Positions 28,744-38,657 of a stretch of 64,000 nt of DNA are shown here, one piece after another. Every line of letters starts with the position of its first letter. The first letter of the stretch is position 1. Position numbers and translations under genes: made by a program. This DNA comes from Patescibacteria group bacterium (GTDB lineage: Bacteria > Patescibacteriota > Patescibacteriia > UBA10025 > JAHIVO01). A model generated the notes under the pieces. It was not told the origin of the DNA. It did not search any database and saw nothing but the letters and a program-made list of their open reading frames with translations. The stretch is from positions 201,295-265,294 of the forward strand of contig JBAZWB010000001.1 of assembly GCA_041660605.1 (NCBI GenBank), written 5' to 3'.

Positions 28744-29129
28744 AAATTGTAAAATATTCACTTTATAATATTACCAGGTCAAGGGTTAGGTAGCTCTTGA
28801 CATTTCCAAATCCTGATGCTAGTATATTAAGAATAAAAAATGATGCTCAAAAATTGAGATGGAGTTAATGAAATGTTTCCTGACAGCGGATTTAATGAAG
28901 TACTTTCCCGGCTACGGAATAAGGTACAGCCAGAAACCTCTTCTCGCGGTCCTGCCACTGCACAGGAAAGTCAGAATGTCCGAGAGGGCTTCCAACTTTT
29001 TGCTCTTTATCTTATTGAGGTGATCGATGGAACAGGCGTTGTAGTAAGTTAGTGGATATTATCCAATAACAAAACTAAACGTCAGCGGGCAAGGTTACTT
29101 GGCCGCTTTTTTGAATAGCAAAAGCAGGT

Positions 29130-29158
29130 TTGACAAAGACCTTTTTTTAAGCTATAAT
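29130..29158 (+). promoter_or_regulatory. Consensus sigma-70 promoter (TTGACA-17-TATAAT) upstream of the glycoside hydrolase gene
   Basis: Exact hexamers with a 17-nt spacer, about 35 nt before the 29191 ATG. Confidence 0.5.
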
Positions 29159-29190
29159 TAGGTAAGAATATTTACAAAACCAAAACAAAA

Positions 29191-31014
29191 ATGATTAAGA
29201 CTATAATTAATTTTCGGGCGCCAGCCATATATGCTTTTATTGCAGCGCCGATATTTTTTATATTTTTAATGATTGCCCCACACGCACAAGCCGCTACCGG
29301 TGAAGAGGGCGTTTTTGGCGTAAATGTCGGATTAGAATTGCGTTACCAGCAAAATGAGGAAGAAACGGCAATTGATAAAATCAATAGCCTGAATATCAAA
29401 TGGGTGCGCGAAGAATTCAACTGGAACGTGATCGAACCCTCTGAAGGCGTCTATGACTGGAATGGCTTTGGCAGGATAATGGGGCAATACGACCAGGCCG
29501 GAATAAATGTCCTCGGAGTCCTGGCCTATAGCGCCGATTGGGCTTCTACGGCTCCGGATGACATTACGACAAATAGAGACAAATATGCTCCGCAAACCGA
29601 GGCCTGGGCAAGCTTTGTTACCGCGGTAGTCAGCCGCTATCCGGAAATAAAATACTGGGAAGTATGGAATGAGCCGAATCATTCAGCTTTTTTAATAGCC
29701 GATGATCCGGTCACGGAGTATAAAAATATTCTTCAGACGGCCTCGCAGGCGATCCGTTCCGCCAATACTTCCGCCAAGGTTGTGACCGGAGGCTTGTCCG
29801 GCTCTGACTCCGATTTTATCCGGCGCCTGTACTGGAGCGGGGCCAATGAATATTTTGACATTATCGCCATCCATCCCTACCGGTCTAACAACGGCTTGGG
29901 AATTTACGCTCCGGAAGAGAAGCAATTCGGCCTTAACAGCCTGGTCAATGATATTTACGTGATGAGAAGCATGATCAGGGCTTATGATCCCACCCCTGCG
30001 CCCATCTGGATCACGGAACTCGGCTGGTCAACTTACACCGGCGGCGTTTCCGAGGCCGCCCAGGCAAACTATCTGCAAAGGAGTTTCCTCCAGAGCCGCA
30101 TGTATCCGCAGGTAGAAAAAATCTTCTGGTACAATCTGCGGGACGATGAAGAGGCGGACAGCCAGGATAAAAATTTCGGCCTTTTTGATTACAACTGGAG
30201 GGAAAAACAGTCTGCCCGTGGCCTCAGGCAGTTAGCCACCTCGTACCCGTCATTAGCCGTCCAGGAAGACAGCGAATTATTCGACAAGCCGATCGAGGAA
30301 TTCCTGAATCCGGAACGCATTTCCGTGGAGTCGTATGATAACGGCAAACTGACGGGCAAGCAATCGGTAGCCAGACGTCCTGATATCAAAGCTGTCCGGG
30401 GCAAGGGCAGCGTGGGATTCCACTATGAATTCGCCAACAACGACGCCGCGCAATACAGAAAAATTATAATTCAGGGGATACCTTATTCCTGGTATGATAC
30501 GTTTGACCTCTGGTTATGGAGCGACGGCGGTATCCAGCCTGTCCGCTTCCGGATGAAAGACTCCACCGGCGAAATATTCCAGGTAAATGTGGGTTATACA
30601 GGCTACGGCTGGACAAGATTGAACCTCTCATTAAAAGATATTGAAAATAATTTTGTCTCCTGGGGAGGCAACGCCGACAAAAAGGTTGATTTTCCGGCAA
30701 CCTTAGACAGCATTATTATTGAAAAAAATCCAGAATCGCCAATTTTTTCTGGAGATATAGTCTTGAGCCGATTCACTTACCGCCGGCTTAGCCAGGCTTA
30801 CAGCCTCCGCTTCCAGCAAGCCGGCCGGAACATCTGGTCATTCTGGAAACAAAGCGGCCTGCCGGAAGTGGCCACGACTTATACTCCGCTGGACCGCCCG
30901 ATGAGCATGTGGAACCTGCGCGATACCGGCTTCCGCAATTTGCTGATTGTTGATATGCCGGTCCGCGATGTCATTATGTTCGGTCTGGAGGAGCAGCCGA
31001 TATTTATACAATAA
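29191..31014 (+). CDS. Secreted glycoside hydrolase, clan GH-A type (GH5/GH39-like TIM barrel) with a C-terminal accessory domain
   Basis: Signal/TM N-terminus; 'EVWNEPN' (acid/base Glu in NEP) and 'ITELGWS' (nucleophile Glu) with the spacing typical of clan GH-A. Confidence 0.55.
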   Translation: MIKTIINFRAPAIYAFIAAPIFFIFLMIAPHAQAATGEEGVFGVNVGLELRYQQNEEETAIDKINSLNIKWVREEFNWNVIEPSEGVYDWNGFGRIMGQYDQAGINVLGVLAYSADWASTAPDDITTNRDKYAPQTEAWASFVTAVVSRYPEIKYWEVWNEPNHSAFLIADDPVTEYKNILQTASQAIRSANTSAKVVTGGLSGSDSDFIRRLYWSGANEYFDIIAIHPYRSNNGLGIYAPEEKQFGLNSLVNDIYVMRSMIRAYDPTPAPIWITELGWSTYTGGVSEAAQANYLQRSFLQSRMYPQVEKIFWYNLRDDEEADSQDKNFGLFDYNWREKQSARGLRQLATSYPSLAVQEDSELFDKPIEEFLNPERISVESYDNGKLTGKQSVARRPDIKAVRGKGSVGFHYEFANNDAAQYRKIIIQGIPYSWYDTFDLWLWSDGGIQPVRFRMKDSTGEIFQVNVGYTGYGWTRLNLSLKDIENNFVSWGGNADKKVDFPATLDSIIIEKNPESPIFSGDIVLSRFTYRRLSQAYSLRFQQAGRNIWSFWKQSGLPEVATTYTPLDRPMSMWNLRDTGFRNLLIVDMPVRDVIMFGLEEQPIFIQ

Positions 31015-31129
31015 TTTAATAAATTATCTTTTAGAATTTTTAAGGCGCCTGTGGCCGGATAAGCAGGGCGTGCTTTTTTGTAAATGCAAGTCACTTGCAT
31101 TTAATCATGGTTAATATTATAATACTGTC

Positions 31130-31519
31130 ATGGAAAACGAGGCTAACAAAATAATCAAGCAGGCAGGCCTGAAAATAACCCCTGGCCGGGTAGCTATATT
31201 AGGATATTTAATTAATACTGAAAATCCGGTATCAGCTGAAGCGATTTTTAAACAATTAGATAGGAAGTTTGATTTAGTGACAATTTACCGAAATCTCGCT
31301 TCATTTGCCGAAAAAGGGATTGTTTTCCAGGAAGCGATCGACCGGTCGGATCGCTATTATTATGCCAAAGCAGAACACCACCACATAGTCTGCCGCTCGT
31401 GCCATACGGTGGCTTGCGTACCCTGCACGCATGTCTTAAAAAAAGTCAACAATTTTACCAAGGTTACCCACCAGTTTATTCTCCGGGGCTTGTGCGCGAA
31501 ATGCAGCGCCAAGCAGTAA
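31130..31519 (+). CDS. Fur-family metalloregulator, likely Zur given the adjacent znuABC
   Basis: 'PGRVAILGYL', 'VTIYRNLASFAEKGIV' and 'HHHIVCRSCHTVACVPCTH'. Confidence 0.7.
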   Translation: MENEANKIIKQAGLKITPGRVAILGYLINTENPVSAEAIFKQLDRKFDLVTIYRNLASFAEKGIVFQEAIDRSDRYYYAKAEHHHIVCRSCHTVACVPCTHVLKKVNNFTKVTHQFILRGLCAKCSAKQ

Positions 31520-31540
31520 TGATTTATTTTAATTATTCCA

Positions 31541-32464
31541 ATGAATAAAAAAGCGGCACTTTTCTTAATAATAGTTTTTTTGCTGGCCGGCGGGGTGATT
31601 TATTTCAAACAGCGGGGGAGCAACAGCGTTAATAATTCGCAAACGCAAAAAGTTGTCGTGGCGGCCACGATTTTTCCTTTATCTGACATTACCAGGCAGA
31701 TCGGCGGTGATTTAATTGAAGTAAAAAATATCCTGCCATCGGGAGCCAGTCCGCATACTTTTGAACTGCGGCCATCGGATATCGCCGGGCTGCGGTCAGC
31801 TAAAATAATATTTGCCATTGGCAACAACCTTGATTCTTGGGTGGATGAGGCGGTGCAAAACAGCAGCCAGGCCCGTCTGGTGTCGGTTGACCAGGGCGTG
31901 CAGCTGAAAAATTTTCCTCCGCTAGACGCTTCCCTAGAATCAAGCGAGGCCGGCGGCATTGATCCGCACTACTGGCTGTCAATTATCAATGCCCGTTTGA
32001 TCGCCCGCACCATTACTGATAATTTAATTGCACTACAGCCGGAAAATGCGGATGAATTCAATAATAATTTAAAACAATATCAAGGGGAATTAGATTCGTT
32101 GGAAACGGAAATGAAAGGTTTGTTATCAGATAAGAGGATAGGTGATTTGATCGTTTTCCATGAATCATGGGCGTATTTTGCCGATGAATTCGGCCTGACT
32201 ATTGCTGGCGTGTTTGAGCCGCGGCCGGGCCAGGAACCCACGCCGAAATATCTGCAGGCGCTTTATAAATCAGCCAAAGATCATAATGTCAAAGTTGTTT
32301 TCACTGAGCCTCAGCTGGCTTCGGATTTGATCAATCCATTTGTGCAGGATTTGGGCTTAAGCATCTCCACCCTTGACCCGTTGGGCGGCAGCGGGCAGCG
32401 CGACAGCTATATCAATATGATGCGATACAATGCCCGGGAAATTCATAATGCTTTTATAAAATAA
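31541..32464 (+). CDS. Metal ABC transporter substrate-binding protein (ZnuA/TroA family)
   Basis: Signal anchor, 'IDPHYWLS', and an operon position with ZnuC and ZnuB. Confidence 0.7.
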   Translation: MNKKAALFLIIVFLLAGGVIYFKQRGSNSVNNSQTQKVVVAATIFPLSDITRQIGGDLIEVKNILPSGASPHTFELRPSDIAGLRSAKIIFAIGNNLDSWVDEAVQNSSQARLVSVDQGVQLKNFPPLDASLESSEAGGIDPHYWLSIINARLIARTITDNLIALQPENADEFNNNLKQYQGELDSLETEMKGLLSDKRIGDLIVFHESWAYFADEFGLTIAGVFEPRPGQEPTPKYLQALYKSAKDHNVKVVFTEPQLASDLINPFVQDLGLSISTLDPLGGSGQRDSYINMMRYNAREIHNAFIK

Positions 32465-33183
32465 TGAACGACAAACCAAAAATTTTAGAAATGGAAAAAG
32501 TCAGCGTCACGCTGGGCGGCGCCGTGATTGTCAATAATATCAGCGCGGTCGTGGAGCAGGGCGAGGTGCTGGCGATTATCGGGCCAAACGGCGCCGGCAA
32601 GACCACGCTGGTCAAAGCCATTCTCGGCTTCCTGCCTTTCACCGGCAGGATCCGGTTGTTCGGACAGGGACCGCAAAAAAGCCTGCAGCGCGTGGGATAT
32701 GTGCCCCAGCGCTTCAGCTTTGACAAAAGCTTTCCCATTACCGTCAGGGAATTTATCCGTTTTTCCATGCACCAGAAGGATCCGAAAAGGCTGGAGCATT
32801 CATTATGGGAAGTGGAAATGGTATCACATCAAGACAAGCTTTTAGGAGATCTATCGGGTGGCCAGCTGCAGAGAGTTTTAATCGCGCGGGCGCTGGTTAA
32901 TAAGCCGGAAATATTATTTTTAGACGAGCCGACAGCCGGGATCGATCTGGGAGGAGAAAAGGATTTTTATCAGATCATGCAGCACCAGAATATTAAACAT
33001 CACCTGACCATCATTATGATTTCCCATGAAGTGAATATGGTTTATACCTATGCTACGCAGGTTTTGTGTTTAAATAAGGATTTATTCTGCTTCGGCCGGC
33101 CGAAAGAAGCGATCACGCAGGAAGTTTTGAAACAATTATACAGCGAGCGGGTGAAAATCACTCCGCATCATCATTCGCAGTAA
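32464..33183 (+). CDS. Metal ABC transporter ATPase (ZnuC-like)
   Basis: 'GPNGAGKTTL', 'LSGGQLQRVLIARAL' and 'LFLDEPTAGID'. Confidence 0.8.
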   Translation: MNDKPKILEMEKVSVTLGGAVIVNNISAVVEQGEVLAIIGPNGAGKTTLVKAILGFLPFTGRIRLFGQGPQKSLQRVGYVPQRFSFDKSFPITVREFIRFSMHQKDPKRLEHSLWEVEMVSHQDKLLGDLSGGQLQRVLIARALVNKPEILFLDEPTAGIDLGGEKDFYQIMQHQNIKHHLTIIMISHEVNMVYTYATQVLCLNKDLFCFGRPKEAITQEVLKQLYSERVKITPHHHSQ

Positions 33184-33188
33184 AAAAT

Positions 33189-34004
33189 ATGGAGTTAATA
33201 GAAATAATAAAATTGCCATTTATGCAGCGCGCGTTAATAGCCGGCGTACTGCTGGCGGCTTTGCTGGCACTGCTCGGTATTTTCGTGATGCTGAAGAAAA
33301 TGGCTTTTTTCGCCGATGGCATTGCCCATGCCTCGCTGGCCGGCGTGGCCGTGGGGATTTTATTTTCCTGGAGCCCGCTGGGCGTGGCCCTCGCTGTCAG
33401 CGTCATATTTTCCCTGATCGTTTATTACCTGGAAACCAAGCACCATCTGGCATCAGACACCACTATCGGCATAATTTTCACTACTGGCATGGCTCTGGGC
33501 GTAATATTGCTAAGCTTTTCTCCGGGCTATCAGCCGGAGCTGATCAGTTTTCTATTCGGCAATGTTTTGAGCGTCAGCAATGGCGAGCTCTGGCTGATAA
33601 TGATCGTCAGTGTCGTGGCTTACGCTTTTATCCTTAAATATTTAAAAAGCCTGACGCTGATGACTATGGACGTGGAAATGGCCAGACTGACGGGAGCCAG
33701 GATAAATATTTTACAGCCGGCACTTTATGTTATCCTGGCAGTGGCGGTGGTGCTGGGCATCAAAGTGTTGGGTATTATTTTAGTCAGCGGCCTGCTAATC
33801 ATCCCGGTGGCGGTGGCCCGCCTTTTTTCCAGCTCCTTCCGGCAGTTTTCCATCTGGGGCATTGTCATGGCAGAGACGATGGTTGTTTTGGGAATTATCT
33901 TTTCCTATTTATTTGATCTGCCGACCGGGCCGGCGATTATTTTAACGGGTTCAATAATGTTCGTTATCGGCATTGGCATGTCTTTTTTCGGGAAGAAACG
34001 ATAA
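33189..34004 (+). CDS. Metal ABC transporter permease (ZnuB-like)
   Basis: 8-TM ABC-3 type permease pattern. Confidence 0.7.
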   Translation: MELIEIIKLPFMQRALIAGVLLAALLALLGIFVMLKKMAFFADGIAHASLAGVAVGILFSWSPLGVALAVSVIFSLIVYYLETKHHLASDTTIGIIFTTGMALGVILLSFSPGYQPELISFLFGNVLSVSNGELWLIMIVSVVAYAFILKYLKSLTLMTMDVEMARLTGARINILQPALYVILAVAVVLGIKVLGIILVSGLLIIPVAVARLFSSSFRQFSIWGIVMAETMVVLGIIFSYLFDLPTGPAIILTGSIMFVIGIGMSFFGKKR

Positions 34005-34107
34005 GGGTTAGTCCACCCAGCAGAGCAACCTGCCCGCCATAGCTCCGCTAGGAGCGGCAGGCGGGGCTCTGCACCTACACATATTAAATAGTGCTATAAT
34101 TAAATAT

Positions 34108-34920
34108 ATGGAATTCAAATACGCCATTAAAAACGGCGAATTAATTGAAAAAGAAAAAGCCAATGTCTCTATTTACAATAAGCCGTATTTTTTTGATTTT
34201 TGCGTTTATTCAAACATAAAAGTAGTGCAGGGGAAAATGTTCATGCCGGAAGTGGAGATCGACCGTTTGTTTGCTTCCGCGGGGATCATCGGCCTGCAGC
34301 ATCCATTTGCCAAAGAAAAAATCAGGCAGTGGGTTAGTCAGTTGATTGAGAAAAATAATATTACCGACGCCTTAATCAGGCTTTTACTAATTGGTCCAGA
34401 TAAGGAAAACGAAGCTTTGCTGTTTTTATTTCCCGTTGGCCTGACTTTTTACCGCAAAGAATGGTATAAGGACGGCGCTAAATTAATAACTTTTCACGGC
34501 GAGCGTTTCATGCCTACGGCCAAGGTAAAAAGCCTGTTCATGTCTTATATGGGTTACAGCCGGGCACAGGAGCAGGGAGCTTATGACGCGCTTTTAATTG
34601 ACCGCGACGGAAATATTACCGAGGGCACGCGCTCCAGTTTTTTTGTGATCAAAGGCGACGTTTTAATCGCACCGCCGGCTGAAAAAGTGCTGGTCGGCGC
34701 CACTCGCACTATACTGATGAAAATCGCGCCGAAGATTTTAAAAGTTAAAGAGGCGGACATTCCCCTGGCGGAAATTAAAAATTTTGATGAATATTTTGTG
34801 ACTGGCACTTCAGTCAAGATCATGCCGGTGCGGCAGATTGACGATATTTTGCTGATTAATAAAGCCAGCGAAAAGATTAAGCAATTAAGCCAGACTTTTA
34901 GGGAATATTGCGCTAACTAG
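34108..34920 (+). CDS. Class IV (fold-type IV) aminotransferase / aminodeoxychorismate-lyase-like protein
   Basis: 'EGTRSSFFVIKGDVLIAPP' and 'YFVTGTSVKIMPV' motifs. Confidence 0.5.
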   Translation: MEFKYAIKNGELIEKEKANVSIYNKPYFFDFCVYSNIKVVQGKMFMPEVEIDRLFASAGIIGLQHPFAKEKIRQWVSQLIEKNNITDALIRLLLIGPDKENEALLFLFPVGLTFYRKEWYKDGAKLITFHGERFMPTAKVKSLFMSYMGYSRAQEQGAYDALLIDRDGNITEGTRSSFFVIKGDVLIAPPAEKVLVGATRTILMKIAPKILKVKEADIPLAEIKNFDEYFVTGTSVKIMPVRQIDDILLINKASEKIKQLSQTFREYCAN

Positions 34921-34944
34921 TTATTAAATAGAAAAATAAATGTT

Positions 34945-35715
34945 ATGTGGGTACATGAAAATGTGGCAATAATTTTGTTAGCGCTCATTTCTGGCTTGAC
35001 CACTATCATCGGCGTTTGGTTAGCTTACATTATCCACAGATTCCAGAAATTAATCGTGGCCGGCATTGGTTTTTCCACCGGCATAATGGTTTTAATATCG
35101 GTATTTGATTTAATTCCCGAATCCGCCGGTCAACTCGGGCTGTTAAGAACACTGCTCTTTGCTGCTGGTGGCGCGACGTTTTCTGCATTAATGAACCTGG
35201 CTATTCCTCACATGCATCTGATAAAAGAGCACGTGCGGCAACAAAATGGCAAACGCTTAGGAAATTTATCAATAACTGCCGCGTATTTAATTGCTTTTGG
35301 ATTAATCTTACACGATGTGCCCGAGGGATTTGCCATGGCTAATTCATACATCCATACCGCCTCATTGGGAATATTAGTGGCTATAGCCATCGCCTTGCAT
35401 AATATTCCGGAAGAGTTTGCTATGGCTTTGCCAATGATTGCCATGGGAAAAAGCCGAAAATTTTTATTTAGATTGGCGGTCATTTCTGGACTGGCTGAGC
35501 CGGTTGGCGCTGTTTTAGGTTTACTGGCGGCAAATTGGTTCACGGGAATAAATCATTTTTTACTGGCTTTCACGGCTGGCATTATGCTTTTTATTGCCTT
35601 GCATGAATTATGGCCAATGGCTTTGAAATACAAAAAATATGACTGCTTAATTTATGGGATTATGGCCAGTTTAGTAGTTTTTATCGTGTTACACGCAGCC
35701 ATACCAAGCCATTAA
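34945..35715 (+). CDS. ZIP-family divalent metal transporter (ZupT-like)
   Basis: Two 'H(D/N)xPEGFAMA' motifs ('LHDVPEGFAMA', 'LHNIPEEFAMA'); 8 TM. Confidence 0.7.
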   Translation: MWVHENVAIILLALISGLTTIIGVWLAYIIHRFQKLIVAGIGFSTGIMVLISVFDLIPESAGQLGLLRTLLFAAGGATFSALMNLAIPHMHLIKEHVRQQNGKRLGNLSITAAYLIAFGLILHDVPEGFAMANSYIHTASLGILVAIAIALHNIPEEFAMALPMIAMGKSRKFLFRLAVISGLAEPVGAVLGLLAANWFTGINHFLLAFTAGIMLFIALHELWPMALKYKKYDCLIYGIMASLVVFIVLHAAIPSH

Positions 35716-35855
35716 ACAAGTATTTCAAAAACTTGACATTCTAACCTGTCAGGAGTATGTTTAGTTATGGGTATATATTCATAATGTTGATAAGTTAAAT
35801 AATATGTTTTTGGCGAGTATAGGTAATATCAGGCTAATAATTTGTTATTAAAAAT

Positions 35856-36113
35856 ATGCCATATTTTGAAAAAGAAGGACAACTACGGCAAAAAACACTG
35901 GATATGGAGCGCGCCTCCAGATCATTGCGCGAAGAGCTGGAAGCGGTTGATTACTACCAGGAGCGGGTTGACGCGACTAAAGATGAGGAGTTAAAAAAGA
36001 TATTGGCTCACAACCGCGATGAGGAAAAAGAGCACGCGGCCATGTTGATTGAATGGATGCGGAAAAACGATCCGACTTTTGACAAGGAGTTTTCTGAACA
36101 TGATAAAGTGTAG
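35856..36113 (+). CDS. Small ferritin-like protein resembling encapsulated-ferritin (EncFtn)
   Basis: 'ELEAVDYYQERVDA...ILAHNRDEEKEHAAMLIEWMRKND' closely matches the EncFtn metal-site region as I recall it. There is no C-terminal cargo peptide and no shell gene nearby. Confidence 0.4.
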   Translation: MPYFEKEGQLRQKTLDMERASRSLREELEAVDYYQERVDATKDEELKKILAHNRDEEKEHAAMLIEWMRKNDPTFDKEFSEHDKV

Positions 36114-36298
36114 CGAAGAATTTTTAATTTCTAAATCCTAATTTCTAGACAATATCTAATGTATAAAATTCTAATGTTCCAAACAGTGCAAATAAATAAG
36201 TCTATAATTTAGAACATTTGAATTTGGAATTTATTTAGGATTTCGTACTTCGAATTTTTTTAAAGGTCGTTTTAATCAATAAATAAGGAAATAAATTT

Positions 36299-36601
36299 AT
36301 GCCAAGGAAAAATGGGCAAGGTCCTGTCTGGGGCGGCGGCCCGGGTGCTGGTTGGGGCGCTGGTCCGTGTGGAGCTGGTAGAGGCGCGCGCGGCGGGTTG
36401 GGTAGGGGTTTCGGACGGGGCAAAGGCTGCGGCCTGGGCTGGGGCTTCATACCTGGCCGTATGTATGACGGCTATAACTACGGTTACCAGCTAAGCAAAG
36501 ACGAGGAGCTGAAAATGATGGAAGATGAGGAAGCGGCATTAAAAGAAGAATTGGAGGCTTTGCAAAAAGCCAAACAACAGCTGCAATCTGTGAAAAAATA
36601 A
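36299..36601 (+). CDS. Gly/Arg-rich small protein with a C-terminal coiled coil, DUF5320-like
   Basis: 'MPRKNGQGPVWGGGPGAGWG...GRGFGRGKGCGLGWG' then 'EELKMMEDEEAALKEELEALQK'. Confidence 0.4.
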   Translation: MPRKNGQGPVWGGGPGAGWGAGPCGAGRGARGGLGRGFGRGKGCGLGWGFIPGRMYDGYNYGYQLSKDEELKMMEDEEAALKEELEALQKAKQQLQSVKK

Positions 36602-36694
36602 GGTAGTCCCGCTTATAATAACACTAAGGTTGGGCTAAAGAATATGAATTACAGCGGGACTATCCAGCCCAACTATATTGATGAAGAATAATTT

Positions 36695-36970
36695 ATGCCA
36701 AGACCGAGATTAAGAAGAAAGCTGTGCATCAACCCCGACGTATTTTATTTCAAACCACGGGGCGTGCCCTTAAACCAATTGAAAGTAATATCAGTTACCA
36801 GGGAAGAGCTGGAGGCTTTTTGGCTGGTAGATGTAAAAGGATACGAGCAAACCAGAGCGGCCCGGCATATGGGGACTTCACAGAGCACGATACAGCGCAT
36901 CCTTCAGTCGGCAAGAAAAAAAACAGCTCAAGCTCTTATCGAAGGCAAGGCGGTTGCTATTGAAAAATAA
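36695..36970 (+). CDS. DUF134/UPF0251 family predicted DNA-binding protein
   Basis: 'MPRPRLRRK...YFKPRGVPL...LEAFWLVDVKGYEQTRAARHMGTSQSTIQRIL'. Confidence 0.55.
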   Translation: MPRPRLRRKLCINPDVFYFKPRGVPLNQLKVISVTREELEAFWLVDVKGYEQTRAARHMGTSQSTIQRILQSARKKTAQALIEGKAVAIEK

Positions 36971-37060
36971 TAGGATATCAGATGTAAGTAATATTTTCGC
37001 AGAATCAGTTTTTATTTGTGTTAATGTAAGTTTGATCGGGTATTAAAAGGCGTTAGATTC

Positions 37061-38233
37061 ATGAATAAACCATATTTTTTTAAAATTTTATTTTTTGGTT
37101 TGCTTATAGTGCCTGTGATGGTCTCCTTTTCAGATGGCGCTAAAGCCCAGACAGGCGAGGAGACGTTTAATGCCCGCGTGGCTGAAGTCTTGGAGCAAAA
37201 AACCGTCCCTTCAGAGGATGGCGCTCCTATTATTCAGCAAAAACTTAAATTAAAGGGTTTGTCCGGCAGTTGGGACGATAAGGAGATTATTTTTGACGGT
37301 ACGCAGCACGAAGTAATCTCCGCCAGCACTTATCAGGTGGGCGATAAGGTCATGGTTAATAGTTCCAAAGACGCGGATGGCAATGACGTGTTTTACGTCA
37401 CAGACTACGTCCGGCAGGGCGCGATCTACTGGCTGGCAGCATTATTCGCCTTGGTCGTGGTCGCTGTCGGCAGACTGAAAGGATTCCGGGCATTAATTGT
37501 TTTAATACTGACATTCTTGGTAATTCTGAAATTCATTGTTCCTAGAATCCTGGCAGGCAACAGCCCTTTATTTATCAGCATCGTCGGTTCATTATTTATT
37601 CTGGTTGTATCCGTCTATATCACCGAGGGATTTAAGCGCACCTCCACGGTGGCTGTTTTTTCAATATTCATCGCTTTAGTCATAACCGGACTTTTGTCCG
37701 TGTGGTTTACGGCTTTGACAAAATTAACCGGATTCGCCAGCGATGAGGCGATTTATTTGATGGGGCTAGCAGGCCAAAATATCAATGTTCAGGGATTGCT
37801 TTTAGCTGGCATTATTATAGGCGCACTTGGTGTTCTGGATGACGTAATTATTTCTCAGGTAATATTAGTAAAAGAATTAAAGCAAGCTAATTTACGGCTA
37901 TCTAACAGGCAGGTTTTTAGCCAAGCCATGAAAGTCGGTGTTTCCCATATGAGTGCCATGGTCAATACTTTATTTTTAGCTTATGCCGGGGCGGCCTTAC
38001 CACTGCTGATTTTATTCAGCGTCAAGGAACCGCCATTTTTAACTTTCAGTCAGGTTTTAAATAATGAAATAGTGGCCACGGAAATTGTCAGGACTTTGAC
38101 CGGCAGTGTCGGCTTGGTATTAGCTATGCCGATTGCCACCATACTGGCGGTATTTTTTATTTCAGCAAGTCATCAAACTCCAATTACACAAGAAAAAACT
38201 GTTCGAGATTATCAATCAGAATTGGAAAAATAG
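37061..38233 (+). CDS. YibE/F-like polytopic membrane protein with an N-terminal extracytoplasmic domain
   Basis: Signal peptide, about a 120-aa soluble domain, then 7 TM with a 'GVLDDVIIS' motif. Confidence 0.35.
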   Translation: MNKPYFFKILFFGLLIVPVMVSFSDGAKAQTGEETFNARVAEVLEQKTVPSEDGAPIIQQKLKLKGLSGSWDDKEIIFDGTQHEVISASTYQVGDKVMVNSSKDADGNDVFYVTDYVRQGAIYWLAALFALVVVAVGRLKGFRALIVLILTFLVILKFIVPRILAGNSPLFISIVGSLFILVVSVYITEGFKRTSTVAVFSIFIALVITGLLSVWFTALTKLTGFASDEAIYLMGLAGQNINVQGLLLAGIIIGALGVLDDVIISQVILVKELKQANLRLSNRQVFSQAMKVGVSHMSAMVNTLFLAYAGAALPLLILFSVKEPPFLTFSQVLNNEIVATEIVRTLTGSVGLVLAMPIATILAVFFISASHQTPITQEKTVRDYQSELEK

Positions 38234-38243
38234 CCATAATAAA

Positions 38244-38648
38244 ATGCAAAAACAACACGCACAAAAAAGTCTACTATTCATCGTCATAATTCCTGTAATT
38301 ATTATTTTATTTGGAATTGCTTTAGGTTTTTATTATTCATCATTGTCCGTACACCATCCGCAGAAAAATAAACAATCATGCGAAAGCGTTGGCGGAGAAT
38401 GGTCTGGTGATCAAAATAAATGTCTTTTGGCAAATAAAAAAGCCGGTGAAACTTGTACTGACGGAGCCCAATGCGAAAGCGGGATTTGCTTTCCACCGAC
38501 TTTAACTGACGAACAAAAAATTACGCTTGCTAAGGAGCCAATAAAAAATATAATCGGAATATGCTATTCGGATAATTTTCCAACTGGCTGCATCAAGCAG
38601 GTAATTATGGGCACAATTTCAAAAGAATCAATGTGCTTAGATGATTAA
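38244..38648 (+). CDS. Small Cys-rich secreted protein (134 aa)
   Basis: N-terminal TM followed by 8 Cys in the mature part. Confidence 0.35.
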   Translation: MQKQHAQKSLLFIVIIPVIIILFGIALGFYYSSLSVHHPQKNKQSCESVGGEWSGDQNKCLLANKKAGETCTDGAQCESGICFPPTLTDEQKITLAKEPIKNIIGICYSDNFPTGCIKQVIMGTISKESMCLDD

Positions 38649-38657
38649 ATTTAAACT

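Noticed and set aside
36312-36494. Alternative-frame 60-aa ORF inside the DUF5320-like gene
   Set aside because: It is a by-product of the GC-rich, Gly-codon-rich region; the DUF5320 frame carries the recognisable family pattern.
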